Position numbers and translations under genes: made by a program
Notes under the pieces: model-generated
Databases searched by the model: none
The model's input: only the letters and a program-made list of their open reading frames with translations
Told to the model about the DNA's origin: nothing
Part shown: positions 55,868 to 64,000 of the stretch, one piece after another
Layout: every line of letters starts with the position of its first letter
Numbering within the stretch: position 1 is the first letter of the stretch
Source of the DNA: an uncultured virus (IMG/VR IMGVR_UViG_3300030419_004292)
Taxonomy: Duplodnaviria; Heunggongvirae; Uroviricota; Caudoviricetes
DNA: 64,000 nucleotides
IMG/VR virus record: IMGVR_UViG_3300030419_004292
Direction: 5' to 3' (one strand)

Positions 55868-58057
55868 TCACTTATTTTCCATAGAGATGGCATAAGCAGA
55901 CGATTGAATTTGACGCATTTCTTCTATAGAGGGCTGCTTTTCATTCAACTCCACAAAATCCTGCTTTAGATTTTTACAGGCGGATGTCATTTCTGCGGTA
56001 ATGGGAGTACCATCGTCCAACAATTCCTTAACGACCGTTGGATCTACCTCCATATACGGCTCCATGCCGCACAAAACGCACAGCTTAATATATTCTAGTT
56101 CATCCATTTGAGACTTAGTTAAACTGCGTACATTTTTTTTGTCGTAGTGAGAAAGGAGGGCTGGAGTTATGAGATCAGCAATTTTTTTCTGAGCATCGTT
56201 AGCCCATAAAATAATATTAACTAGATCAGCGCTAGTTCTCGGTTTAACTTCTTTTTGCTTTCTTTTTTGCTGGTCTTTAGAATTTCTCGGTCTGCCGTCT
56301 TCGGGTCGACCAACAGGCTTCTGCTTCTGCTGCATTTGAAAATCTCTCTCTTCCTTGAGCTTTCTTTCTTCCTCTGCCTTATCATATTTTGGCCGGTCAG
56401 CAGGCATGGTAAGAGGATGATCCCCGGCTTCATCGGCTGGAATTATACCGAGATCGTGTGGAGCAACCGTATCTTTACCCAAAGCAATTTTCTCCAAATC
56501 TTCTCTGTGTTGCGGATTGTGATATGGGCTGGCTTTAGATGGCAAAGTTTCCATGTTTCTACTTCTTGCCTCTCTCTTAACCCTGATCTTTTCGATCTCT
56601 GGAAGCTCACCGAATCTTTCTACAATGGTTTCATCACTAACAATGTTTCTATCTGCCAATTGAATCAACAGAGTCTTTTCTGCTGCTTCATCGGATAGAA
56701 TCATTTGATCAAAATGAATCTTTGCTGGAAATCTAAATCCCATAGCCTTTTGAACAATTTCAATTTCCGAATTCCAAAACTCAGTCAAAACATCTCTACC
56801 ATACTCCAGTCTTTCAACTAAAGTCTTAAGGGAGATAAAGTTGTTTGTGAATCCTCCACCATTGCTAGCCAGACCGGTTAGAGTTGGAGGAATACCAAGT
56901 CCTGCGTAGATATTATTTAGAACTGGCTTATATTTTTCTTCCCCCAAGAACCGGAAAACCTGCGTGCTGGATTCTTTGAAATCAAGTTCTGGACCCCATA
57001 CGAGATCCATAGTTCCCCCACCAACATTACTAGCAAGAATATTTCTTAGCTTGTTGATGGCGGCTTTCGTCGGGAGAATCTTTTCTTCTAGACTGCCAAG
57101 CTTCCAAAGTCTGATATTGGAAATGGCTCCATCTAACGCGGCGATATCAGCTAGCTTCATTTTTTCTAGCATCATAATATCGTCTAAGATAGCGTAGATC
57201 ATTGGATTGGACCAAAGCATCCAATCATCTTTTTTATAATAATAAGCAGACACCTTTTCCTCGTCTAGAGGAATAAGTTGATCACCGTTTTTGAGTCTTT
57301 GACTTATGTCCTTTGGTAGTGCTGACAAAAGATACTTGTTATTTCCCACCTTGTCGTTGACCATGTTACGAACCATCTTAGACACACGTAACGCAAACTT
57401 AGGTTGTCCGACAAAAGTTGACAGGTAATCATCTCCGATTACCTCTACAGACAAGGGGTTTAAAATATCATATTGCCAAGGAATAACCCTGCTCTGCACC
57501 TTGATATCTTCTATCTTCATATCGGGGGCAGCGGCAGTCTTTCGCATCTCCTGCTCTTTACGCGCACTTAACTTGGCGGTACGCCTCTTAACTATGACGT
57601 TGCCACACCTATAAAGAGTGTTGAGAAATCTTTCTGATCTCGCCTTGCCGTCGACCTTAGAGAACCACTTCTTGTAGAACTTCTCTATGTTTTTATTTGG
57701 ATGTACTAATGTAATCCCCTGAGATGAAAAGTCACCCATCAAGTCTATAACGTTACGAATAATGCCCACTCTATCATAGGCATCCATACACATCTTGATG
57801 ATATCTTTTTGTCTTTTCGGGGTCGCTTCAGAAGCTCTAAATCTATTGTAATCCTGTCTACCAAACTCTGGACGAACAGACCTGTTTGGCTCTATATCTA
57901 GAAAATTACGATACCCAAAAGCTTGTGCCTTCTGAATGCCATCATAATAATCTACAGATTCAGAAAAACTGCCCAAAGCCTGATGCTTCTCGGATTCACT
58001 ATTCCAAGTTACAAAGGCTGGTTCTGGAGAGTGATTTTTGATTATCTCGTCTGCCAT
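55868..58057 (-). CDS. Portal protein
   Basis: Directly after the terminase; 'GIIRNVIDLMGDF', 'GNV', 'IYAGLGIPPTL' portal-like motifs; 'GRP' low-complexity C-terminus. Confidence 0.8.
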   Translation of the reverse strand: MADEIIKNHSPEPAFVTWNSESEKHQALGSFSESVDYYDGIQKAQAFGYRNFLDIEPNRSVRPEFGRQDYNRFRASEATPKRQKDIIKMCMDAYDRVGIIRNVIDLMGDFSSQGITLVHPNKNIEKFYKKWFSKVDGKARSERFLNTLYRCGNVIVKRRTAKLSARKEQEMRKTAAAPDMKIEDIKVQSRVIPWQYDILNPLSVEVIGDDYLSTFVGQPKFALRVSKMVRNMVNDKVGNNKYLLSALPKDISQRLKNGDQLIPLDEEKVSAYYYKKDDWMLWSNPMIYAILDDIMMLEKMKLADIAALDGAISNIRLWKLGSLEEKILPTKAAINKLRNILASNVGGGTMDLVWGPELDFKESSTQVFRFLGEEKYKPVLNNIYAGLGIPPTLTGLASNGGGFTNNFISLKTLVERLEYGRDVLTEFWNSEIEIVQKAMGFRFPAKIHFDQMILSDEAAEKTLLIQLADRNIVSDETIVERFGELPEIEKIRVKREARSRNMETLPSKASPYHNPQHREDLEKIALGKDTVAPHDLGIIPADEAGDHPLTMPADRPKYDKAEEERKLKEERDFQMQQKQKPVGRPEDGRPRNSKDQQKRKQKEVKPRTSADLVNIILWANDAQKKIADLITPALLSHYDKKNVRSLTKSQMDELEYIKLCVLCGMEPYMEVDPTVVKELLDDGTPITAEMTSACKNLKQDFVELNEKQPSIEEMRQIQSSAYAISMENK

Positions 58058-58099
58058 TATCTAATTCCTGTAATGGGATTACATTCGGATTGCAATTAT

Positions 58100-58116
58100 A
58101 ATATACTACACCAAAT
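58100..58116 (-). promoter_or_regulatory. Candidate late-promoter motif GGTGTAGTATATTATA
   Basis: Intergenic, upstream of the portal gene. Confidence 0.55.
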
Positions 58117-60084
58117 TCAATACACATCCTTCATTTTTTCCGTCCACCAAGATGGACCCATAAACATTGGCCCCTCTTCTTTGGATTGCAGACCTCCCAC
58201 AAACCCCCCAACACTCTCATAATCTATGGGCGGTGGAGTCCTACGCATAGTTCTGGCGGCCATATTGGCCATAATTAAAGCCGAATACCTATCCTTTCTC
58301 AAACGGTCCTTTCTTCCCCCCGGCAACTTAATTTCCGGCGTATCCCACTTATCTCTACCTGAAGGGGTTTGACTCATCATAATGAGGGACAACTCGTTTT
58401 TTAACTCCTCTATTTCCATAACACAATCTTCCAAGGTGTCCATTTTTCTCTTAGTCATTTTATCATCAGACAAGGCCAAACCTAGACTAACGGAATCAAA
58501 GTACGGAAACAATAGCACTCTATCTTCAAAGTCTTTTCTTGTTCCGTGATTAGCTTCTGATACCCAGTCCGCTTTTGCAAACTGACACATTTCTAATATA
58601 TGTAAACCCGGATTTCCGTCCGTATCCTTTTCCTTGTCGTCATCTATTATTTCCCAGATAGGAAGTTCTCCATCCTGAATTTTATCTGGGTCATGAAGAG
58701 CTTCCATAATGGCAATACCGCCGCCTTGAGCATCCAAAGCAATCCTTTCACATGGAAAGAGCTTCATTAAATCTCGTATCTTTCTTGAGCAATAAGAATA
58801 AAAATCGCTCTCTTTTACCAAACCCCTCTTTAACTTGTCTTTATGCTCACTTCTATTGGTAGTCCAACAATGCACTATTCTACTATGATCTATGTGCTGC
58901 TCTAAAACTATGATACTAAAGTTGTCAACCTCGGAAGCAGGGTCTATACCAAAAACATATCTCTTATTTGGATCTCCTCTTAGTACCGATTCAAAAAATA
59001 CTTCACCACTAGGCAAAACAACTGGTTCATTTTTCTTAACAACGCAAGACTCTATCAGAGATCTCTTGAAGAACCCTTGACTATCTGTCGTAAAACACGC
59101 CCCAAACTCCATCTGATAAATGCCAGAATGAACAGTGGCCTTTGACCTAGCCACTTGAGCAGCGTCCATAAAACCCTCTGGAAGCAACTCATACGGGATT
59201 CTAATAATACTATATTCTTTCCAGTCAAACCCAGAAGGAAGTTCCTCCTCCTCTCCAAATATTTCCTTTAATTTAGAAGGATTTCCTTTGCTGTTTATTA
59301 TCGCCTTCCACTTCTTCCAGTACTCTGCGAAATGGTTGAAATCATAGTAAGCAGTACCGGATAAAATAATTTGGTTAGCTTTTACTAGCTCGTCTTCTTT
59401 AATGGCTTCTTGTTCTTTTCCGAGTTCTTTAGCCTTCTTTCCAGCGGCTATTCTTTTGACATTTTCAACAGGAGAAGAACTAACTGCGGCAAAACCAGCA
59501 ACCACATTTTCAAAAATCTCTCGTGGAATAGAGGCGAATTCATCGGCAACAATATCATTGGCACGCTGACCTCTAATCTTACTGCCGTCACCAAGAGGGA
59601 GGCATGTAATGGTACTATCACCTATATGCATAACACATCTGTCAACGTCTCTTCTGGGACCACTATTGCTAGCAGAGAGATCTCTTAATATGGGGGCATT
59701 TTTCCATATCGTATCCATATACTCAAACAAAACCTTAGATTGCCGGAAAGCAGCGCCCACAATCACGATCTTGCGTCTGGGCATAAAAAAAGCCCTCATC
59801 ATCGAATAGAGTGAGAGGACAAAAGATTTACCGAAGCCACGACTCGCTATAAGCATGGGAAACTTTCTGTTCCACATTTCTTTTAGCATCAAAGCCTGAA
59901 CTGGAAGTAAATCTATATTAAATATTTGCTTGCAGACCATTGAGAAATATTCTGGCTGCATCATCAACCAAGACAACCTCAAGTGTAAGTCGTCTGTGTT
60001 TCCTTGTCTAAATATAAAATCTACCGGATCAAACAGAGAGTCTTCTTCTACGTCTATATTCAGCCAAGCATCTTCTAGCTTCAT
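58117..60084 (-). CDS. terL: Terminase large subunit
   Basis: Walker A 'ASRGFGKS', 'IRGQRA', Walker B 'IVADE', RNase H-like 'FGIDPA', terminal 'KDRYSA'. Confidence 0.92.
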   Translation of the reverse strand: MKLEDAWLNIDVEEDSLFDPVDFIFRQGNTDDLHLRLSWLMMQPEYFSMVCKQIFNIDLLPVQALMLKEMWNRKFPMLIASRGFGKSFVLSLYSMMRAFFMPRRKIVIVGAAFRQSKVLFEYMDTIWKNAPILRDLSASNSGPRRDVDRCVMHIGDSTITCLPLGDGSKIRGQRANDIVADEFASIPREIFENVVAGFAAVSSSPVENVKRIAAGKKAKELGKEQEAIKEDELVKANQIILSGTAYYDFNHFAEYWKKWKAIINSKGNPSKLKEIFGEEEELPSGFDWKEYSIIRIPYELLPEGFMDAAQVARSKATVHSGIYQMEFGACFTTDSQGFFKRSLIESCVVKKNEPVVLPSGEVFFESVLRGDPNKRYVFGIDPASEVDNFSIIVLEQHIDHSRIVHCWTTNRSEHKDKLKRGLVKESDFYSYCSRKIRDLMKLFPCERIALDAQGGGIAIMEALHDPDKIQDGELPIWEIIDDDKEKDTDGNPGLHILEMCQFAKADWVSEANHGTRKDFEDRVLLFPYFDSVSLGLALSDDKMTKRKMDTLEDCVMEIEELKNELSLIMMSQTPSGRDKWDTPEIKLPGGRKDRLRKDRYSALIMANMAARTMRRTPPPIDYESVGGFVGGLQSKEEGPMFMGPSWWTEKMKDVY

Positions 60085-60575
60085 TGATTTTTTTCCGCAT
60101 GAACTAATTCATTTACTCTTTTGAAGATACTGTTTGTTACAAGAAATGCGTTATGCTTACTTCCACAGAAAAGTATTTTTGTGTCATACCACATCTGAAA
60201 CTCTAACAAAGACTTCAGCATATATCTTCCGGTAACCTTTACCTTAGATTGTTGAGCTTTAGGAATTCCAGAGTTCTCTGGAAAATTAATTATATCGTCC
60301 ATATCAAATTCACATACCAAGAATGAGAATCTAAAATCCTTCATTCTTTCCATCTCATTCTGAAAAGGCTTCTTTTTTCTTCCAAGGTTAGTAGATATTT
60401 CAGCCGTGCTAGCCTTACGCTCTATGCATATAATGTCTTCACATCCCTTTATGGTATAGTCACCCGTCTTCATGGTTTCAACAACCATTCCCTCGCAGCG
60501 ATCATACGGCTTAAAGAAATATCCGTCTTTTTCTCTTGTGTCTTTTATGACAGTGTAATTAGGAACCTTTTTCAT
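60081..60575 (-). CDS. ERCC4/XPF-family nuclease
   Basis: 'VIKDTREK', 'GDYTI', 'IERK' = DxRE...GDY...ERK signature. Confidence 0.8.
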   Translation of the reverse strand: MKKVPNYTVIKDTREKDGYFFKPYDRCEGMVVETMKTGDYTIKGCEDIICIERKASTAEISTNLGRKKKPFQNEMERMKDFRFSFLVCEFDMDDIINFPENSGIPKAQQSKVKVTGRYMLKSLLEFQMWYDTKILFCGSKHNAFLVTNSIFKRVNELVHAEKNQ

Positions 60576-60831
60576 TTCTCCAAGCTATATCAGATAATAG
60601 CGCCTCATAAAAATGTTCTTTATTTGTCACCTCTTTGTGGCACATATAACACAAAGATATCCCATTAGATGTTTCATACCTTAGACCAGATGCAGTGCTC
60701 CACTTTTTTATGTGGTGTACCTGAAGCTTGCATTTACGCTTGCCACATCCCGGCATTTGGCATTTAAATCTATCTCGTTTTAAAACTTTGATTCTCCAGT
60801 CTTTGTAGACCGGATCGTTGAAGTTCCTCAT
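60559..60831 (-). CDS. HNH endonuclease (possible terminase-associated)
   Basis: 'RDRFKCQMPGC...VHHI...NGISLCYMCH'. Confidence 0.85.
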   Translation of the reverse strand: MRNFNDPVYKDWRIKVLKRDRFKCQMPGCGKRKCKLQVHHIKKWSTASGLRYETSNGISLCYMCHKEVTNKEHFYEALLSDIAWRNEKGS

Positions 60832-61355
60832 TTTGAAACCAAATTTTCTTGACTATTATTGCTAAGACAGTCAGGACACATCTTATGTTTCTGCTTGTGC
60901 ATCTTAAGATGGTGCTGCGTCCTTAAAACATTTTGTATAATAGCCGTGTCTCGCATCACCGAGTGCTTATGCACATTCTGCAAAGCAACGGCTAAAGCGG
61001 CAGTTCCAGCATCAACTTTAACAGTTGGTTCTTCTCTGATAATAACGGCTTCTTTAGTTTTAGTTTTACCTTCTCCCTTAGACTTATCGTGAATTTCAGA
61101 GCATTCTGGACAATTCCAAGTTGGTCCTTTGTGCGGTTTAGCGTAATGGAAGATTCTAATAATCGTATCCATTATGGTGTAAGTTCGAGCATTCTCTCTT
61201 GCGCTGTTTCCGTATATGTCCTCAAGATGCTCTTTAATAAAGGCCATATCCTGCTCTTGTCTGTCAATTACTACCTGTTGCTGGTAAAGAGTGTAACCCA
61301 TAGAAATAGCTACACAGAAACATAGAGTAGCCATCACAACGTTTTTATTTTCCAT
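60828..61355 (-). CDS. Membrane-anchored protein with duplicated H-x4-H-x6-CPxC motif
   Basis: N-terminal hydrophobic helix, coiled coil, two His/Cys motifs. Confidence 0.55.
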   Translation of the reverse strand: MENKNVVMATLCFCVAISMGYTLYQQQVVIDRQEQDMAFIKEHLEDIYGNSARENARTYTIMDTIIRIFHYAKPHKGPTWNCPECSEIHDKSKGEGKTKTKEAVIIREEPTVKVDAGTAALAVALQNVHKHSVMRDTAIIQNVLRTQHHLKMHKQKHKMCPDCLSNNSQENLVSK

Positions 61356-61605
61356 TTGGTTTAATCCTCTCGACCTTCTTAACTGAAATATTCTCTTTTA
61401 TAAATATAACGAATTTTTTCCTAGTTGAGTTCCTCTTTAGCTTATAAATATTTTGGCAAATCTCCTCTATCGCTTTTTTACAAGCATCGTCTGGATCAAT
61501 TGCCTCGATATACACAAAAGCTATTTTGTTTTTATATATTCTAATATTTTTTTTCTTAAGCTCTGTAAGAACTTTCGACATATCTACTGTGACTTTGTAT
61601 ATCAT
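61345..61605 (-). CDS. Small basic hypothetical protein
   Basis: 86 aa; 'IEAIDPDDAC' motif; overlaps the gmd 3' end. Confidence 0.5.
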   Translation of the reverse strand: MIYKVTVDMSKVLTELKKKNIRIYKNKIAFVYIEAIDPDDACKKAIEEICQNIYKLKRNSTRKKFVIFIKENISVKKVERIKPNGK

Positions 61606-62680
61606 TTTTAACCATACGTTCTACTAGTTGACTAAAAGATATGTTAGGTTCCCATCCTAGCTTATCCTTAGCCTTACAATAGCTCCCCTTGAGATAAGGA
61701 ACTTCGCACGGCCTAAAAAATTCTGGATCGATGACTACGTATTGTTTGTAGTCTTCAATATCAATACACTTAAATGCCACTTCAAGGAAGTTTCTTATGG
61801 AATATGCCTCTCCAGTGGCTATAACATAATCGTCTGGAACATCCTGCTGTAACATCAGCCACATTGCGTAAACGTAGTCTTCAGCATGACCCCAATCCCT
61901 GTACGCATCCAAATTACCCAATCTCAACTTTGGAAATGAAGGATTCCTTACGGCGTCCAGAAACATTCTTTCTTGTGGAATTCCTATATCTTCATATGTG
62001 TTGTCAAATGTGAACCTGTCGCCTTTTGATGGTAGTTCTATAGCGCTTTCTTTTTCCCAATTAATAAACTCTCCAATCCACTTTGTTATCTTTCTAGTTA
62101 CAAATTTCTCTCCCCTTCTTTCGCTCTCATGATTAAACAAGATGCCACAACTTCCATGGAGATTATAAGACTCTCTATAAACCCTAACCAAGTTGTGTGC
62201 TGCCAGCTTTGCTACAGCATAGGGGGAATTAGGTGAAAACTCCGTAAGCTCATCTTGATACTTATCATCTTCATCATATGTAAAATTACTACCAAACATT
62301 TCACTTGAGCTTGCTTGATAGAATCTAATGCTATTGTCGATAGAATTTATTGCCTCTAGTATATTCAGACACCCTTTAGCTGTTATGTCCCATGTCAAAC
62401 TCGCTTGCTTGAAAGAAGTTCCTACATGTGACTGAGCCGCCAAGTTATAGATCTCCTGCGGCCTATACTCCATAATGAAGTTGCTCACACAGAAAGCGTC
62501 TGTAATATCCCCTTCTTTAAAGATGAAATTTTTATTTTTTAGAACCTCAGTTAATCTCTCTGTGTTATCGGTACTAGACCTTCTAGAAACCCCAACAACC
62601 TTATAGTCCTTTTTGAGTAACAGTTCCGCCAAATAAGATCCGTCTTGTCCAGTTACTCCAAAAACAATCGCCGTCCTCAT
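61556..62680 (-). CDS. gmd: GDP-mannose 4,6-dehydratase
   Basis: 'GVTGQDGSYLAELLL', 'NLAAQSHV', 'FYQASSSEMFG', 'SPYAVAK', 'GILFNHES', 'LGNLDAYRDWGHAEDYV'. Confidence 0.95.
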   Translation of the reverse strand: MRTAIVFGVTGQDGSYLAELLLKKDYKVVGVSRRSSTDNTERLTEVLKNKNFIFKEGDITDAFCVSNFIMEYRPQEIYNLAAQSHVGTSFKQASLTWDITAKGCLNILEAINSIDNSIRFYQASSSEMFGSNFTYDEDDKYQDELTEFSPNSPYAVAKLAAHNLVRVYRESYNLHGSCGILFNHESERRGEKFVTRKITKWIGEFINWEKESAIELPSKGDRFTFDNTYEDIGIPQERMFLDAVRNPSFPKLRLGNLDAYRDWGHAEDYVYAMWLMLQQDVPDDYVIATGEAYSIRNFLEVAFKCIDIEDYKQYVVIDPEFFRPCEVPYLKGSYCKAKDKLGWEPNISFSQLVERMVKNDIQSHSRYVESSYRA

Positions 62681-62682
62681 TC

Positions 62683-63264
62683 TCACTCTCCTTTATCCGG
62701 TAACTTAGTTGGAGGTAGTTCCTGAAATGTGATACCTCCATTTTTTGTAAGACTTCCGCCCCCCTGACCTCCTGTCTCTCCACCATCTCCCATTGGCCCT
62801 TCTGAGCCGTCTCCTTCGCCCTCCTTAGCCTCCCCCATTCCGTTCTTGCCCACGACACCCTTTCCAGCTTGAAGGCGTTCTAGAGCCTCCTGAGCGCGTT
62901 CATGGAGTTCTCTGTCATAGGGTAACTTGTAAGCTCTTGGAGCGTCTGTATCGTCCTTCTCAAAAGAAAGCCACCATTCACCCTTTTTTTCTTCAGCTTC
63001 AAGTCTTTCAGCCCAGATATACACAGCCCCTTCTCCCCCCTTCTTGTCTGGTTCTTCTATCACTATCCAATGAACTCTAAATTCTTCTGGCAAAGAAGTA
63101 TTAGAAGGCCAACCTTCAAAATTCTCTAGAGAGAAGTTGATAGACAGACAGAAGTAAAGGGCCGCAGCTATAGTTGCCGCTTTTAGTCCCCACATTCCAC
63201 GAGAACCTATAACGAACCATAGAACAAGGCTAATAATTATAATGAAAGATGCGATTATTATCAT
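62683..63264 (-). CDS. Membrane protein (two N-terminal TM helices), third gene of the MotA/TolQ-like module
   Basis: Hydrophobic N-terminus; 'GWP', 'IEEP', 'IYxW-like', 'PRAYKLPY' motifs; coupled to the upstream gene. Confidence 0.6.
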   Translation of the reverse strand: MIIIASFIIIISLVLWFVIGSRGMWGLKAATIAAALYFCLSINFSLENFEGWPSNTSLPEEFRVHWIVIEEPDKKGGEGAVYIWAERLEAEEKKGEWWLSFEKDDTDAPRAYKLPYDRELHERAQEALERLQAGKGVVGKNGMGEAKEGEGDGSEGPMGDGGETGGQGGGSLTKNGGITFQELPPTKLPDKGE

Positions 63265-63866
63265 AGTGGCGTTTGCTGTCCTTTAACAGCTAATTTTTTT
63301 GGTAACTCATTTACATCCACAACTTTACCCTCGTTATCTAGAGTAAATCTAAAGGCTGTCTCCTCGTCTCCGGTAACTCTTAGTACAACCCTCTTGATTG
63401 TGACCGTCTTGTATGGGTTAAGTTTTTCCAACTTTATAACAACCGGAATCTCTGTTGCGGTACTACGCTTCATGTAGAGATGAACGTTTACAATATACTC
63501 GCCCTTGGCTATCCCTCTTAAAGTAACTAACTCTCTATTCTCTGTATATTCTATAACCCCAAACTCTGTCAAGACACTATCGTTTCTATGTCCCAAATCA
63601 TCTCTATCCAAATGCATCAAGCCTTCTTCTCTTCTCATGAAGGCTACTAAATTTCCACTGGGGTCTTCTACGTATGTATCAACATCGTCATCCAAATCAC
63701 TTGGCCACTCAACGACCACCATAAACTCTGCTTTTGTTTCAGTATTGTTTTCTTGTTTGGTTGGGTTTATTAAAACTATAGCCAAAACAAAAAATGCGGC
63801 GAAAGCCAATAAAGTGTTAAATAGTAAATCTAGGAACGCTAGATTAGTATGATAATTTCGCTTCAT
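63261..63866 (-). CDS. MotB/ExbD/TolR-like single-TM protein with YfaP/DUF2135-like domain
   Basis: TM with conserved Asp 'LAFLDLLFN'; 'VEW...DVDTYVEDPSG...LDRDD.G...NRE...GEYIVNVHLY'. Confidence 0.6.
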   Translation of the reverse strand: MKRNYHTNLAFLDLLFNTLLAFAAFFVLAIVLINPTKQENNTETKAEFMVVVEWPSDLDDDVDTYVEDPSGNLVAFMRREEGLMHLDRDDLGHRNDSVLTEFGVIEYTENRELVTLRGIAKGEYIVNVHLYMKRSTATEIPVVIKLEKLNPYKTVTIKRVVLRVTGDEETAFRFTLDNEGKVVDVNELPKKLAVKGQQTPL

Positions 63867-63999
63867 TTTTCTGGACCCTATCAACAGCTTGGTTAAGGTT
63901 AAAGTATTGAATCTTAAGCAATAAGCTACAGATTAGTCCTGCTAAAGTCGTATAGAGTGCTGTAGACATACCAGTCCCCAACTCTTTGATAAGAGCCTG
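63844..63999 (-). CDS. MotA/TolQ/ExbB proton-channel family protein (3' end only, truncated by the window)
   Basis: Manual translation QALIKELGTGMSTALYTTLAGLICSLLLKIQYFNLNQAVDRVQKNEAKLSY*; G-M-x-x-A-L-x-T-T-x-x-G is the family signature; not in the ORF track. Confidence 0.8.
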   Translation of the reverse strand, partial: QALIKELGTGMSTALYTTLAGLICSLLLKIQYFNLNQAVDRVQKNEAKLSY

Positions 64000-64000
64000 A

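Noticed and set aside
58117..60084. Intein or intron in the terminase
   Set aside because: Continuous 655-aa ORF with normally spaced motifs; no C...HN splice motifs
4591..63852. Numerous 60-150 aa alternative-frame or antisense ORFs in the track
   Set aside because: Fully nested in well-supported genes; no recognisable motifs
1..64000. Alternative genetic code, tRNA/rRNA genes, tail sheath, integrase
   Set aside because: ORFs tile the window under the standard code with all three stops used; intergenic gaps are short with no cloverleaf seen; no sheath or integrase motifs recognised

Overview
The window is part of a large tailed dsDNA phage genome (Caudoviricetes; siphovirus-like, because there is a tube gene and a tape-measure gene but no sheath). 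The host cannot be determined from the sequence. Bases 1-3173 (+) carry a glycosyltransferase-like gene, a NUMOD3/Vsr-like endonuclease, a Rad52/Sak-like annealing protein and a Zn-ribbon protein. These converge at a bidirectional terminator on about 60 kb of minus-strand genes. In transcription order those are: a partial MotA/TolQ/ExbB-like gene with two membrane partners, GDP-mannose 4,6-dehydratase, HNH and ERCC4 nucleases, large terminase, portal, protease/scaffold, decoration protein, major capsid protein, a fibre/adhesin cluster, head-tail connectors, tail tube, chaperones, a 4332-aa tape-measure protein, a 2704-aa FG-GAP protein, tail-tip proteins and a Cys-rich 1449-aa protein. The most notable feature is the tape-measure protein, which looks like a modular cargo polyprotein: repeated DTVPAMLTPGEF modules and GG-x-I-x-x-F-x-x-GG linkers bracket two PD-(D/E)xK-like domains, a P-loop domain, a hydrophobic Gly/Ala segment and a DnaJ domain. 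Also notable are a GGTGTA-AT-rich motif upstream of five structural genes (candidate late promoter), pervasive Ser-Gly motifs in virion proteins alongside sugar-metabolism genes, and a phage-encoded ion-motor-like membrane module. All product calls come from motif recognition and gene order, not database searches.
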